Positions 9,098-17,265 of a stretch of 20,000 bases of DNA are shown in pieces. Within the stretch, counting starts at the first letter, position 1. Every line of letters begins with the position of its first letter. Below the pieces are notes generated by a model. The model ran no database searches, was not told the origin of the DNA, and was given only the letters and a program-made list of their open reading frames with translations. This DNA is from Methanomethylovorans hollandica DSM 15978 (GTDB taxonomy: Archaea > Halobacteriota > Methanosarcinia > Methanosarcinales > Methanosarcinaceae), in contig NC_019977.1 of assembly GCF_000328665.1 (NCBI RefSeq), positions 2,408,905 to 2,428,904 of the forward strand, in the 5' to 3' direction. The position numbers and the translations under genes were made by a program.

Positions 9098-10135
9098 TCA
9101 AATTAGATCATGGTTTCTTAAGGGGATCACGTTAACTTTCAATTCCTTGGAAACTTCATCTATCAATGTCTGTGAGAGTTCCTGACGAAGTTTTTCTATT
9201 CCAACTTCCCTGGACATATCTCCATTCCTGACGATCCCTGCTATATCAAACGCATAAGGATGTATCCCGTATTTTTCCAGATGATTATGGCAGGCTAAGG
9301 AATTCAATTTACAGTTGGTTGAATTACTGTCATTGAGTTTTGGAGGTTTCCATCCAACCTTGATTATAGTTTCCACTACTTTGTCCTCGTTATAATCCCA
9401 CATGCATAGTGGATGGATGATCATGGGCGGATTATCTTTGTCCATTTTTTCAATGACTGACTTTTTCATCATGAAACTTTCATCTTTGTCATCAATACCT
9501 ATTTTCTCAAGCTGCTTTTCAAAAAGGTTTCTTGACAACTTGATGAAATTATAGTTTAACTTGATGATAGGATTAGGAGCCTGTCCAGCTGTAAAAGCAA
9601 ATATTATTACCGGTGCGTTTCTGGCAATGGCATATTCTATCAGTTTCTGTTTGATGATACTGATGCAGGTGTTGCAGATATCACTTGCTCTGTATTTAGC
9701 AAATTTAGGGAATGCATCTACAGAATCTGCAGCTTTTTTCCAGGCACTGCATAGTTGCTGCCTATCCATGGTGATTTCATAATAGTCAGATCCTGTGATC
9801 TCGCACATCTTCTTGGCATTTTCAATTGCGTTTTCAGATATGAAACCATTATTGAAGAGGACAGCCAAGACTTTAAGGAACGGGTAATCCTTTTTGAGCT
9901 TATAGAGCGTGTATGATGAATCTTTTCCACCGGACAGTGCGTATATAACATCATATTCGCCCCTGCCTCTGATCCTATCAAAGATATCTTCCATATCTGC
10001 CAGATATTTTTCCTTATCAGATTCAGTAAGAGGTTTAAATGTTTCACAGAAATGACAGAGGCCTGTGTCCTCATTGATAGTTATACCTGGCATTTCAGAA
10101 TCCAGAATACATTTTTTACATACAATTTTTGACAT
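9098..10135 (-). CDS. PP-loop ATP pyrophosphatase resembling N-acetyl-sugar amidotransferases (WbuX/PseA/WbpG-like)
   Basis: N-terminal CKKC...CHFC, YDVIYALSGGKDSSY, central CNTC and late STNC. Its start overlaps the upstream gene by 20 nt, with a GAGGA RBS. Confidence 0.72.
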   Translation of the reverse strand: MSKIVCKKCILDSEMPGITINEDTGLCHFCETFKPLTESDKEKYLADMEDIFDRIRGRGEYDVIYALSGGKDSSYTLYKLKKDYPFLKVLAVLFNNGFISENAIENAKKMCEITGSDYYEITMDRQQLCSAWKKAADSVDAFPKFAKYRASDICNTCISIIKQKLIEYAIARNAPVIIFAFTAGQAPNPIIKLNYNFIKLSRNLFEKQLEKIGIDDKDESFMMKKSVIEKMDKDNPPMIIHPLCMWDYNEDKVVETIIKVGWKPPKLNDSNSTNCKLNSLACHNHLEKYGIHPYAFDIAGIVRNGDMSREVGIEKLRQELSQTLIDEVSKELKVNVIPLRNHDLI

Positions 10136-11594
10136 TTTGGTATTCCTCTATGATCAATCGATTGGAGATCTTACCATTCTCAGTTAAGGGAAGATGGTCA
10201 ATAAATAGAATCTCTTTTGGGTATAAGTGTGCTGGAAGATTCTTACGACAAAACTTGAACAAGGTATCTACATCTGTTTCTGTTTCAGGTATGACCATGA
10301 GACTTATCGCTGTTCCCATGAGTTCATGAGCTACTGGTACAACAAAGACCGCTGAGACCTTATTACTGTTCTCAATAGTTTTTTCAATTTCTCTCGGATT
10401 CACCAGATGATCACCTATTTTGATAAGGTCATCCTTGCGTCCCATCAGTTTAAAGTACCCATTGGGCAGTTTCTGTGCAAGATCCCCGGTATACATCCAT
10501 CCGTCTATGATCTTCCTTTTAGTAGCAATTTCATCATCAAGATAGCCCAGCAATATGTTATCGCCTTTGGCAACCAATTCAGCTGTGACGTTTGGTTCAA
10601 CTGACTGTCCTTTAGAATCAAATACATCCAAAGTTACACCGGGAATTGGTTTACCTATCGTTTCAATGAACTCTTCTACATCTTCTTTGGGTACATAGGC
10701 AAGCCTTGCTGTAGCTTCAGTTTGACCATACATTGGCAGCATTTCAATGTTAGGTACAAGTTCCTTGATAGTTCTGACTATTTGCTTGGTCATTCCACCG
10801 CCTGCTGACGCAGCGATCTTGACATTGGAGAATGCCTTTTTGAAACGGTCCGGATAGCGCAGTAGTATACGATACGTACTGGGCACTCCATAAAATACGG
10901 TCACTCCGGATTCAATCAAACTGAATACTGAACCTATGAATTTCATGTTTCCCATTACAATGCATCCGCCTGACATCAAATGGGAGTTTATTATCGAATT
11001 TCCGAAAGCATGGTGGGGGGATATTACCTGTGCTGCTTTATCATCAGGTGTCAGACCAAGTATCTCTATAATAGATGCTGCATTTGTTGTAAGATTTTTG
11101 TCACTTAACATGACACCTTTAGGAGTACCGGTCGTACCAGAAGTATACAATACCAGTTTAAGTTCCGGGTGGTTTGACTCTATTGAGATGTCCTTGCGTA
11201 TGTATCTGACCGGCTTACCGTCCGAAACGATGATAACAGTCCTAAAACGCTCAAAAAAGCTATCCCCGAATTTAGAATATTGTGCCTCTGTAGTAATTAT
11301 ATTCCTGACATGAGAGTTATCGAGAATCTTTTCTAAACTGACCATAGGCATTTCGATCGGCATAGGGATAGCAATATTATCCGACCTATACACGGCCATG
11401 AGCATTTTTACGTACTTAATTCCCATCTCTTCTAATATTGCAAACCTACAATGCCTGAATTCCTTCATTGATGAAGCAATATCATTGACACTAGCTTCAA
11501 GAGCCTCGTATGAGATAGAATTATTTCCCTCTTCCAGGGCAATGCGAGAAGGTGTTTTTCTGGCATGTTCTGCAAGATATGCATCTATCTTCAT
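10116..11594 (-). CDS. AMP-forming ligase (ANL superfamily; acyl-CoA/acyl-ACP synthetase type)
   Basis: Motifs YTSGTTGTPKG, MYGQTE, GWMYTGDL, GRKDDLIK and LPLTENGKI. Confidence 0.92.
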   Translation of the reverse strand: MKIDAYLAEHARKTPSRIALEEGNNSISYEALEASVNDIASSMKEFRHCRFAILEEMGIKYVKMLMAVYRSDNIAIPMPIEMPMVSLEKILDNSHVRNIITTEAQYSKFGDSFFERFRTVIIVSDGKPVRYIRKDISIESNHPELKLVLYTSGTTGTPKGVMLSDKNLTTNAASIIEILGLTPDDKAAQVISPHHAFGNSIINSHLMSGGCIVMGNMKFIGSVFSLIESGVTVFYGVPSTYRILLRYPDRFKKAFSNVKIAASAGGGMTKQIVRTIKELVPNIEMLPMYGQTEATARLAYVPKEDVEEFIETIGKPIPGVTLDVFDSKGQSVEPNVTAELVAKGDNILLGYLDDEIATKRKIIDGWMYTGDLAQKLPNGYFKLMGRKDDLIKIGDHLVNPREIEKTIENSNKVSAVFVVPVAHELMGTAISLMVIPETETDVDTLFKFCRKNLPAHLYPKEILFIDHLPLTENGKISNRLIIEEYQNVKNCM

Positions 11595-11598
11595 TATC

Positions 11599-11850
11599 TC
11601 ACTTTGTAAGATTGGTTATCATATTAGTTAGTCCCTGCAATGAATCCAGATTTTCCGGGATCAACATATCTTCAGGGATTTCAATAGAATATTTTTCACT
11701 TATATGGTCCAACAATTCAAGTAAACCTATCGAATCTATAATTCCATTCTGAGTGAGAGAATCAGCATCTCCCAACTCGGTGTTCTTGTCCATAAAAGAA
11801 TTGTCTTTCAGGTAATTGACTATACTGGTTTTTATGTTTTCCATCACCAT
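11599..11850 (-). CDS. Stand-alone acyl/peptidyl carrier protein
   Basis: Small and acidic, with phosphopantetheine motif GIIDSIG (Ser40) and downstream IEIPED...PENLDSL. The true start may be ATG 11844, 6 nt after GAGGT. Confidence 0.9.
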   Translation of the reverse strand: MVMENIKTSIVNYLKDNSFMDKNTELGDADSLTQNGIIDSIGLLELLDHISEKYSIEIPEDMLIPENLDSLQGLTNMITNLTK

Positions 11851-11884
11851 ACCTCAATTTTTTTTTTGGAAATCAATGACCAAT

Positions 11885-11936
11885 GTTAACCCATTTTAAA
11901 GTTTGTTAACTATGCATTAGTATAAATATCTTCTCA
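11885..11936 (-). promoter_or_regulatory. Putative promoter of the ACP operon with a palindromic operator-like site
   Basis: Minus strand reads GAGAAGATA-TTTATA (TATA at 11926-11921). An imperfect 26-bp palindrome GTTAAC-N14-GTTAAC lies at 11885-11910. Confidence 0.4.
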
Positions 11937-12241
11937 ACAAAATATTAGCCAACATATGGATGCCTATTTCCTTCTAATATTATATATAATTATGTGCGGA
12001 AGTTATCTTGTCTTGTTCTGATTGCCCTTAGATCCCTAAAGTCTTTACTAAATAAATAATATGCTCTTTTAATTGATGGTTACAATTTTTCGTTTAAACA
12101 TACCATCTATCTCCAAAACGATTATATTTACCAAAATCAATTCTTATTAGGGTAAACATACAAACTGCTTTAGCAAGAAAAACTACTATCTTTGTATTCT
12201 TTTTTTAATATATAATTAAATTAATTTTAGGGGAAAAAGAC

Positions 12242-13300
12242 ATGGCAAGAATAAGACCTTTCATACCCAGCGACAACAATGTATTACTTAATATTGAAAA
12301 ATTGAGTCCGCATGGTAATGACAAACTAGCGATGGTAGCTAATCTTTCTCCAGATATCACCGTAAGATATGAGCTTTATGACAACTGGAAAATAATGGTA
12401 GCAGAAGAACAGGAACAAATAGCAGGTTATGTAGGCTGGACTGTCAAAGATGGACCCCTGGGACCTTACATATATCTGACTGAAGTTACCGTTGATCCTG
12501 GTTTTCGTAGAAAAGGTATAGCAACCCAGCTGATCAGAGAGATGGAAAAACATGCAGAAGAAATCAAGTCTTCACATATATATTGTCACATTTATGGACC
12601 TAACGAACCCTACAGAAAACTTGTAGAAAAAATGGGCTACATAAGAGAAAAAGAAATTATAATTTGTGAGATGTCGACCGCCAAAAAATCGAGAACTGAG
12701 AATAAGTACTCACTTGATCGCGTCGACAAATCAGATCTACCTGCAGCTGTCGAACTAATCAACCAGTACTATGCGGGAAGAACACATTTCATACCCTTTA
12801 CACCGGTAACTTTCAGAGAGTATGCAAACAGGATACTGGGGTATGGAATTGAGAACTTGATTATTGCCAAACATAATGGCAGCATAGTGGCTTGTGGAGG
12901 ATTCTGGGATACAGCAGTACTTGCAGAAATGGCATATACCCGGGAACCACTGCTCTGGAAACTCGCGGCAAGCATGAAGGGAAGTCTGCACCATTTCATA
13001 CACATACCCCTTATACCTAAAGAAGGAGAATATTTCAAGTTCCGAAACATCGTGGACCATGCATTCAAGCCAGGATATGCAGATGCCATGCAAGAGATAT
13101 TCGAACACTGCAGTTCCATAATGTACGAGACAAAATGTGATTTCTTTGGCACGTTCCTAGACCCTACTGATCCATTGTTTGAACTTCTGAAGGATTTCAG
13201 ACCCCACCTTGAAGCAGAGTACATATATGCAAAACCCATTTCACAAAAACTTCCTGACTTCAGTAAATTTTATGTGGATTGCAGGGATACAATACTTTAA
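12242..13300 (+). CDS. GNAT-family N-acyltransferase with a long C-terminal extension (possible second GNAT fold)
   Basis: Acyl-CoA binding motif A VTVDPGFRRKGIATQL and N...LVEKMGY. The 352-aa length suggests two domains. Confidence 0.82.
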   Translation: MARIRPFIPSDNNVLLNIEKLSPHGNDKLAMVANLSPDITVRYELYDNWKIMVAEEQEQIAGYVGWTVKDGPLGPYIYLTEVTVDPGFRRKGIATQLIREMEKHAEEIKSSHIYCHIYGPNEPYRKLVEKMGYIREKEIIICEMSTAKKSRTENKYSLDRVDKSDLPAAVELINQYYAGRTHFIPFTPVTFREYANRILGYGIENLIIAKHNGSIVACGGFWDTAVLAEMAYTREPLLWKLAASMKGSLHHFIHIPLIPKEGEYFKFRNIVDHAFKPGYADAMQEIFEHCSSIMYETKCDFFGTFLDPTDPLFELLKDFRPHLEAEYIYAKPISQKLPDFSKFYVDCRDTIL

Positions 13301-13344
13301 GAGACGGGTTAATCATAAAAACTACCCCGCCCTTTTTTCTATTA

Positions 13345-14436
13345 ATGGAACGTGTGATAATACATGTGGATATGGACTATTTCTACGCCGCCATCGAAGA
13401 GCGTGAAGATCCTTCTCTCAAAGATAAAGCAGTAGTCGTGTGCATGTACTCGAACCGGGGTGAAGAAGGGGGAGCAGTAAGCACATCCAACTATATAGCG
13501 AGAAAAGCAGGCATACGCTCAGCAATGCCCTGCAGACAGGCCCGATCTCTGAAACCTGATGCTATTTTTCTTCCTGTGCGCAAACAGTTCTATGAAGACA
13601 TCTCAGCGCGGGTCATGGACATACTAAGCTCACATGCAGATAGTGATGAATCTTTTGAAAAAATAAGTATTGATGAGGCTTTTTTGGAAATATCCCAGAA
13701 TTGTGCTGGCAATTTTGAAAAGGCAATAGATATTGGTCTGCTTATAAAGAATGATGTTCTGGAACATGAAAAGCTCACATGCTCCGTGGGCATTGGACCT
13801 AACAAACTCATAGCCAAGATGGCTTCTTCTTTCAAAAAACCTGATGGTATGACACTCGTGAAACCGGAGGATGTTACAGATTTCTTAAGTCCAATGCCTG
13901 TAAAAAAGCTCTGGGGCATTGGCAAGGTGACTGAAGAGAAACTCCAACAAATGAGCATTGAAACTATCGGCCAGCTTGCAGCCTATGATGCTCAGGAACT
14001 CATTGCGGTGTTTGGTAAGAACAGAGGCACATGGCTCAAAAAAGCTGCATCTGGTATAGATGAAACGCCTGTCACCGAGAAAACTGCCACGGATCAGATA
14101 GGCAGAATGGCTTCCCTGAAAGAGGATACCAGAGATAATGGTGAGATATTCTCCCTTATGAATGAACTTGTGGATGACGTTATCAAAAAAGCCGTTTCAA
14201 GAAAAGTGAGTTTCAGGTCGGTTACTATAACCGTCATCTTCTCAAACTTCAGAATGGCGACTAAAAGCCGAACTCTCAACCATGCTGTCTCTGACAAAGG
14301 TATCCTGCATGAAACTGCAAGAGAGATAATGTTGCAATTCCTTCGTGAAAGCAGCATGGACTTTCGGCGGATAGGTGTGAGGGTGGGTAATCTGCAGCAA
14401 AATATTGGACAAAAAAGCTTGTTCGAGTATTTCTGA
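13345..14436 (+). CDS. dinB: DNA polymerase IV (Y family)
   Basis: Motifs IIHVDMDYFYAAIE, NYIARKAGIRSAMP, ISIDEAFL, CSVGIGPNKLIAKMAS..KPDG and LWGIG. Start set to ATG 13345 because the 22 upstream codons in the track overlap the GNAT end and precede the conserved N-terminus. Confidence 0.95.
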   Translation: MERVIIHVDMDYFYAAIEEREDPSLKDKAVVVCMYSNRGEEGGAVSTSNYIARKAGIRSAMPCRQARSLKPDAIFLPVRKQFYEDISARVMDILSSHADSDESFEKISIDEAFLEISQNCAGNFEKAIDIGLLIKNDVLEHEKLTCSVGIGPNKLIAKMASSFKKPDGMTLVKPEDVTDFLSPMPVKKLWGIGKVTEEKLQQMSIETIGQLAAYDAQELIAVFGKNRGTWLKKAASGIDETPVTEKTATDQIGRMASLKEDTRDNGEIFSLMNELVDDVIKKAVSRKVSFRSVTITVIFSNFRMATKSRTLNHAVSDKGILHETAREIMLQFLRESSMDFRRIGVRVGNLQQNIGQKSLFEYF

Positions 14437-14447
14437 AAGGTGAAACA

Positions 14448-14634
14448 ATGGTCACTTTATTAAGGGAAAAAGAGAACAGACCGGCAGGCCCTGAATGGAG
14501 AAAATGGCTGTATAATGTGATCTTTGAAGCTGATACAAAAGCTGGAAAAAATTTTGCCTACTGCGGGGGCTGTACTTATGTCCCTCAGTACAATCATAGT
14601 AGCCATCAATAAAAAATTGCTATCAATCGACTGA
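14448..14634 (+). pseudogene. Chimeric remnant: 5' end of an ion transporter/K+ channel gene joined to the 3' end of a CopB-type Cu P-type ATPase gene
   Basis: AGGTGA RBS and ATG 14448 give MVTLLREKENRPAGPEWRKWLYNVIFEADTKAGKNF, then unrelated sequence to a stop at 14612. The +1 frame from 14557 reads PTAGAVLMSLSTIIVAINKKLLSID* (stop ends 14634). Both motifs were recognised from memory. Confidence 0.75.
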
Positions 14635-14820
14635 AAAGATTATTATAATCAGTAATTTTATTAACGGTAATTGCTTTTATTGCTTTTGCATACTCGAAGA
14701 TTATATGTACTGCAACTTTATTCTACTAAGAGATACTTTTAGTATCTGTTTCCTGTTACCAGGAACCATCATCTGGATATTAACCGGATAGATATTTCAG
14801 AAATTTCAAAAGGGATCACT

Positions 14821-15717
14821 ATGGAAATCAACGGAGTCGAAATAGAGGACACTTTTGCAGAGGCCTTTCCTATCAAGATAGGTAGAGTATTGATCACAGC
14901 AGCAACAAAACGCTGGGCAGAAATTGCGGCTACTGAAGCAACAGGCTTTGGTACTTCCGTTATCATGTGCCCTGCAGAGGCAGGTATCGAAAGGTTTGCC
15001 ACATGCGACGAGACACCTGATGGCAGACCCGGTGTGTACATCCAGATCTGCACCTTTAAATTCGATATTCTTGAGCACCAGTTATTGGAAAGGCTTGGGC
15101 AGTGCGTCCTGACAGCCCCCACTACTGCAGTGTTCAATGGTATGCCTGAAGCTGAGAAACAGTTCAATGTAGGCTTCAAGCTCAAGTTCTTCGGTGATGG
15201 TATGGAGTCTCAGAAAGAGATCGACGGCCGCAAGATGCACAGCATACCCCTCATGGAAGGAGACTTCCTTGTGGAAGAGAACATTGGTGCGGTATCCGGT
15301 ATTGCCGGTGGTAACTTCTTCATCCTGGGAGACAGTCAGATGAGTGCTCTGACAGCTGCGGAGGTTGCTGTTGACGCTATTAAGGAACTCGAAGGTACTA
15401 TTACTCCTTTCCCCGGAGGTATTGTTGCAAGCGGCTCCAAGGCAGGTTCCAATAACTATGCCAAGTTCATGAAGGCTACAGCTAATGAGAAGTTCTGTCC
15501 CTCCATCAGGGACAAGGTACCTGACACTGAAATCCCGGCAGATGTGAAATCAGTATACGAGATTGTGATCAATGGTGTCAGTGAAGAAGCCATCAAGAAG
15601 GCAATGGCCGTTGGTATCAAGGCAGCTGTGACAGTTCCTGGTGTCAAGAAGATCACTGCTGGTAACTACGGTGGAAAACTCGGAAAATACCAGTTCAGAC
15701 TTCACGACCTTTTCTGA
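14821..15717 (+). CDS. ftr: Formylmethanofuran--tetrahydromethanopterin N-formyltransferase
   Basis: Motifs [63 protein letters not shown] and AGNYGGKLG. Confidence 0.98.
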   Translation: MEINGVEIEDTFAEAFPIKIGRVLITAATKRWAEIAATEATGFGTSVIMCPAEAGIERFATCDETPDGRPGVYIQICTFKFDILEHQLLERLGQCVLTAPTTAVFNGMPEAEKQFNVGFKLKFFGDGMESQKEIDGRKMHSIPLMEGDFLVEENIGAVSGIAGGNFFILGDSQMSALTAAEVAVDAIKELEGTITPFPGGIVASGSKAGSNNYAKFMKATANEKFCPSIRDKVPDTEIPADVKSVYEIVINGVSEEAIKKAMAVGIKAAVTVPGVKKITAGNYGGKLGKYQFRLHDLF

Positions 15718-15751
15718 GGTCGAAGCTGAACTTTTTTTTTTTTTCTTTTTT
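15692..15751 (+). terminator. Stem-loop plus oligo-T terminator of ftr
   Basis: AGTTCAG..CTT..CGACCT / AGGTCG AAG CTGAACT hairpin spanning the stop codon, followed by T13-C-T6. Confidence 0.75.
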
Positions 15752-15762
15752 ATATTTAAAGA

Positions 15763-17175
15763 TTAGAGACCTAGTACTGCAAGTCCCGCACGCAATGCGG
15801 ACTCAAGGAAATCCTTAGCTTCGATTCCCAGTATCTGGAGTATCACATAAGCGCCCACGATACTACCTACCATCGCTCCCAGATTGGCTAAAGATGTCAC
15901 AAGAAGGACACGGAAGAAATTATTCTTCATCATATCTTTCATTGATTCAGCTTCCACGAGATTTTTCAGATCCCTTGTGGTAGGATTGCGATATTTCGCT
16001 TCTCTGAGCCCCGCATACCATCCTGCAGCCACAGCTGGATTAAGAGTGGTCATCCAGGCCACTAAAAAGGATGTTAGTATCGAATAAGGATGGCCTCGTG
16101 CCAACGCAGTTCCCAGGGCACTTAAACCTCCGGTGATGAGAAACCACCAGATGAACACTATTCCAAGGGTTTTCAGAGATACACCTGAAATGAGCAATAG
16201 TGCAAAAGCTCCAAGTGGAATAGCTAGCATTATAAGGCCAAAGATTTTAAAAAAACTAAACCTTTTCTTCGGGATCGCCTCTACTGATTCCGGACGTGGA
16301 AGAGTTTCAGGGTGTATTAAATAATTCTGTATTCCGGCCCGATGACCTGCACCTACTACAGCAATGATCTTTTTTCCGCCACCAGATGCAAGCCTTATAA
16401 GATTAGAGGCCATATAGGCATCTCTTTCATCTATGAGCACCTTTACGGCATTGGGAGATGTGCCACGGAACTCTTCCACCAGCATTGTGACTATATCCTG
16501 GTTTGTGATCGTGTCCATATCGATGTCCTTGGTGCCACCGATACCCAGAACTGCTGCTACCAGACCTGCAAGCATCTTTAATTTCTCTATGAAGCCCATT
16601 TTGTTCCAGAATCTCTGCAAAGTGACCTGCACGTCTCTGTCAATAAGCGCTATTCGTGCCCCATGTTCTTCAGCAGCGTCTATTGCCTTGATCATCTCGG
16701 CACCAGGCTGCACACCCATCTCATCAGCAAACTTTTTCTGCACATGGGCCAGCAGCATATGTATCATGTACTGATAAATCTTGCCGCCTTTGAGGATCTC
16801 CTTGATAGGAACATCAGTGTCAGTTGTTTTGCCTTTGAGACTATCGTAGCGGGGTTTGCACAGCTCTACAGCAACAATGTCAGGCTTTTCCCTTTCTATT
16901 GCTTCATTGACCTCTGCAACACTTTTTTCAGATACATGAGCTGTGCCTATTATGATGATCCTGGAAGGTTCTATTATGTGATGTTCTCCTGAAGAAGGAG
17001 AGAACTTGCCATAACAATCCTGTTGGTTTTCAGGGGGACATGTGTCGGTTATGACGGTTCCTGAATTACCGGAAGAGTCCGAATTATAAATGAAAAGATC
17101 TCTGGAAGAAGTGGTAATGTTGTCTGGGTTTGGAGCAGAAATATTTAGATTGTCTTCATTATATGAGCGTGTCAC
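15763..17175 (-). CDS. TraB/GumN (PrgY, pheromone-shutdown) family membrane protein
   Basis: Motifs IIGTAHVS, VAVELC..R, PGAEM, LIDRD, LIDERDAYM and VVGAGH, plus C-terminal TM helices. GTG 17175 is preferred over 17190 because GGAGG lies 8 nt upstream. Confidence 0.92.
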   Translation of the reverse strand: MTRSYNEDNLNISAPNPDNITTSSRDLFIYNSDSSGNSGTVITDTCPPENQQDCYGKFSPSSGEHHIIEPSRIIIIGTAHVSEKSVAEVNEAIEREKPDIVAVELCKPRYDSLKGKTTDTDVPIKEILKGGKIYQYMIHMLLAHVQKKFADEMGVQPGAEMIKAIDAAEEHGARIALIDRDVQVTLQRFWNKMGFIEKLKMLAGLVAAVLGIGGTKDIDMDTITNQDIVTMLVEEFRGTSPNAVKVLIDERDAYMASNLIRLASGGGKKIIAVVGAGHRAGIQNYLIHPETLPRPESVEAIPKKRFSFFKIFGLIMLAIPLGAFALLLISGVSLKTLGIVFIWWFLITGGLSALGTALARGHPYSILTSFLVAWMTTLNPAVAAGWYAGLREAKYRNPTTRDLKNLVEAESMKDMMKNNFFRVLLVTSLANLGAMVGSIVGAYVILQILGIEAKDFLESALRAGLAVLGL

Positions 17176-17265
17176 AGTGCATGCCTCCACAAACCATTGG
17201 CTGTAGCAATGGCTATTGATCTTTCAAACATTTTTAGGCTCATTCTGTTTTCCTTCATAATGCGA

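Noticed and set aside
7294..11850. Type II fatty acid synthase, PKS or Dlt system
   Set aside because: No ketosynthase, malonyl transferase, dehydratase or MBOAT is in the window, and the ligase lacks the amino-acid-binding Asp.
13279..13344. N-terminal extension of DinB in the ORF track
   Set aside because: The TTG start overlaps the GNAT 3' end, and the conserved DinB sequence starts at ATG 13345.
14448..14612. 54-aa ORF with CGGC as a novel metal-binding peptide
   Set aside because: The Cys-containing tail is better explained as the off-frame reading of the copB remnant.
15763..17175. TraB as evidence of a conjugative element
   Set aside because: This is the TraB/PrgY/GumN family common on archaeal chromosomes; no transfer or integrase genes are nearby.
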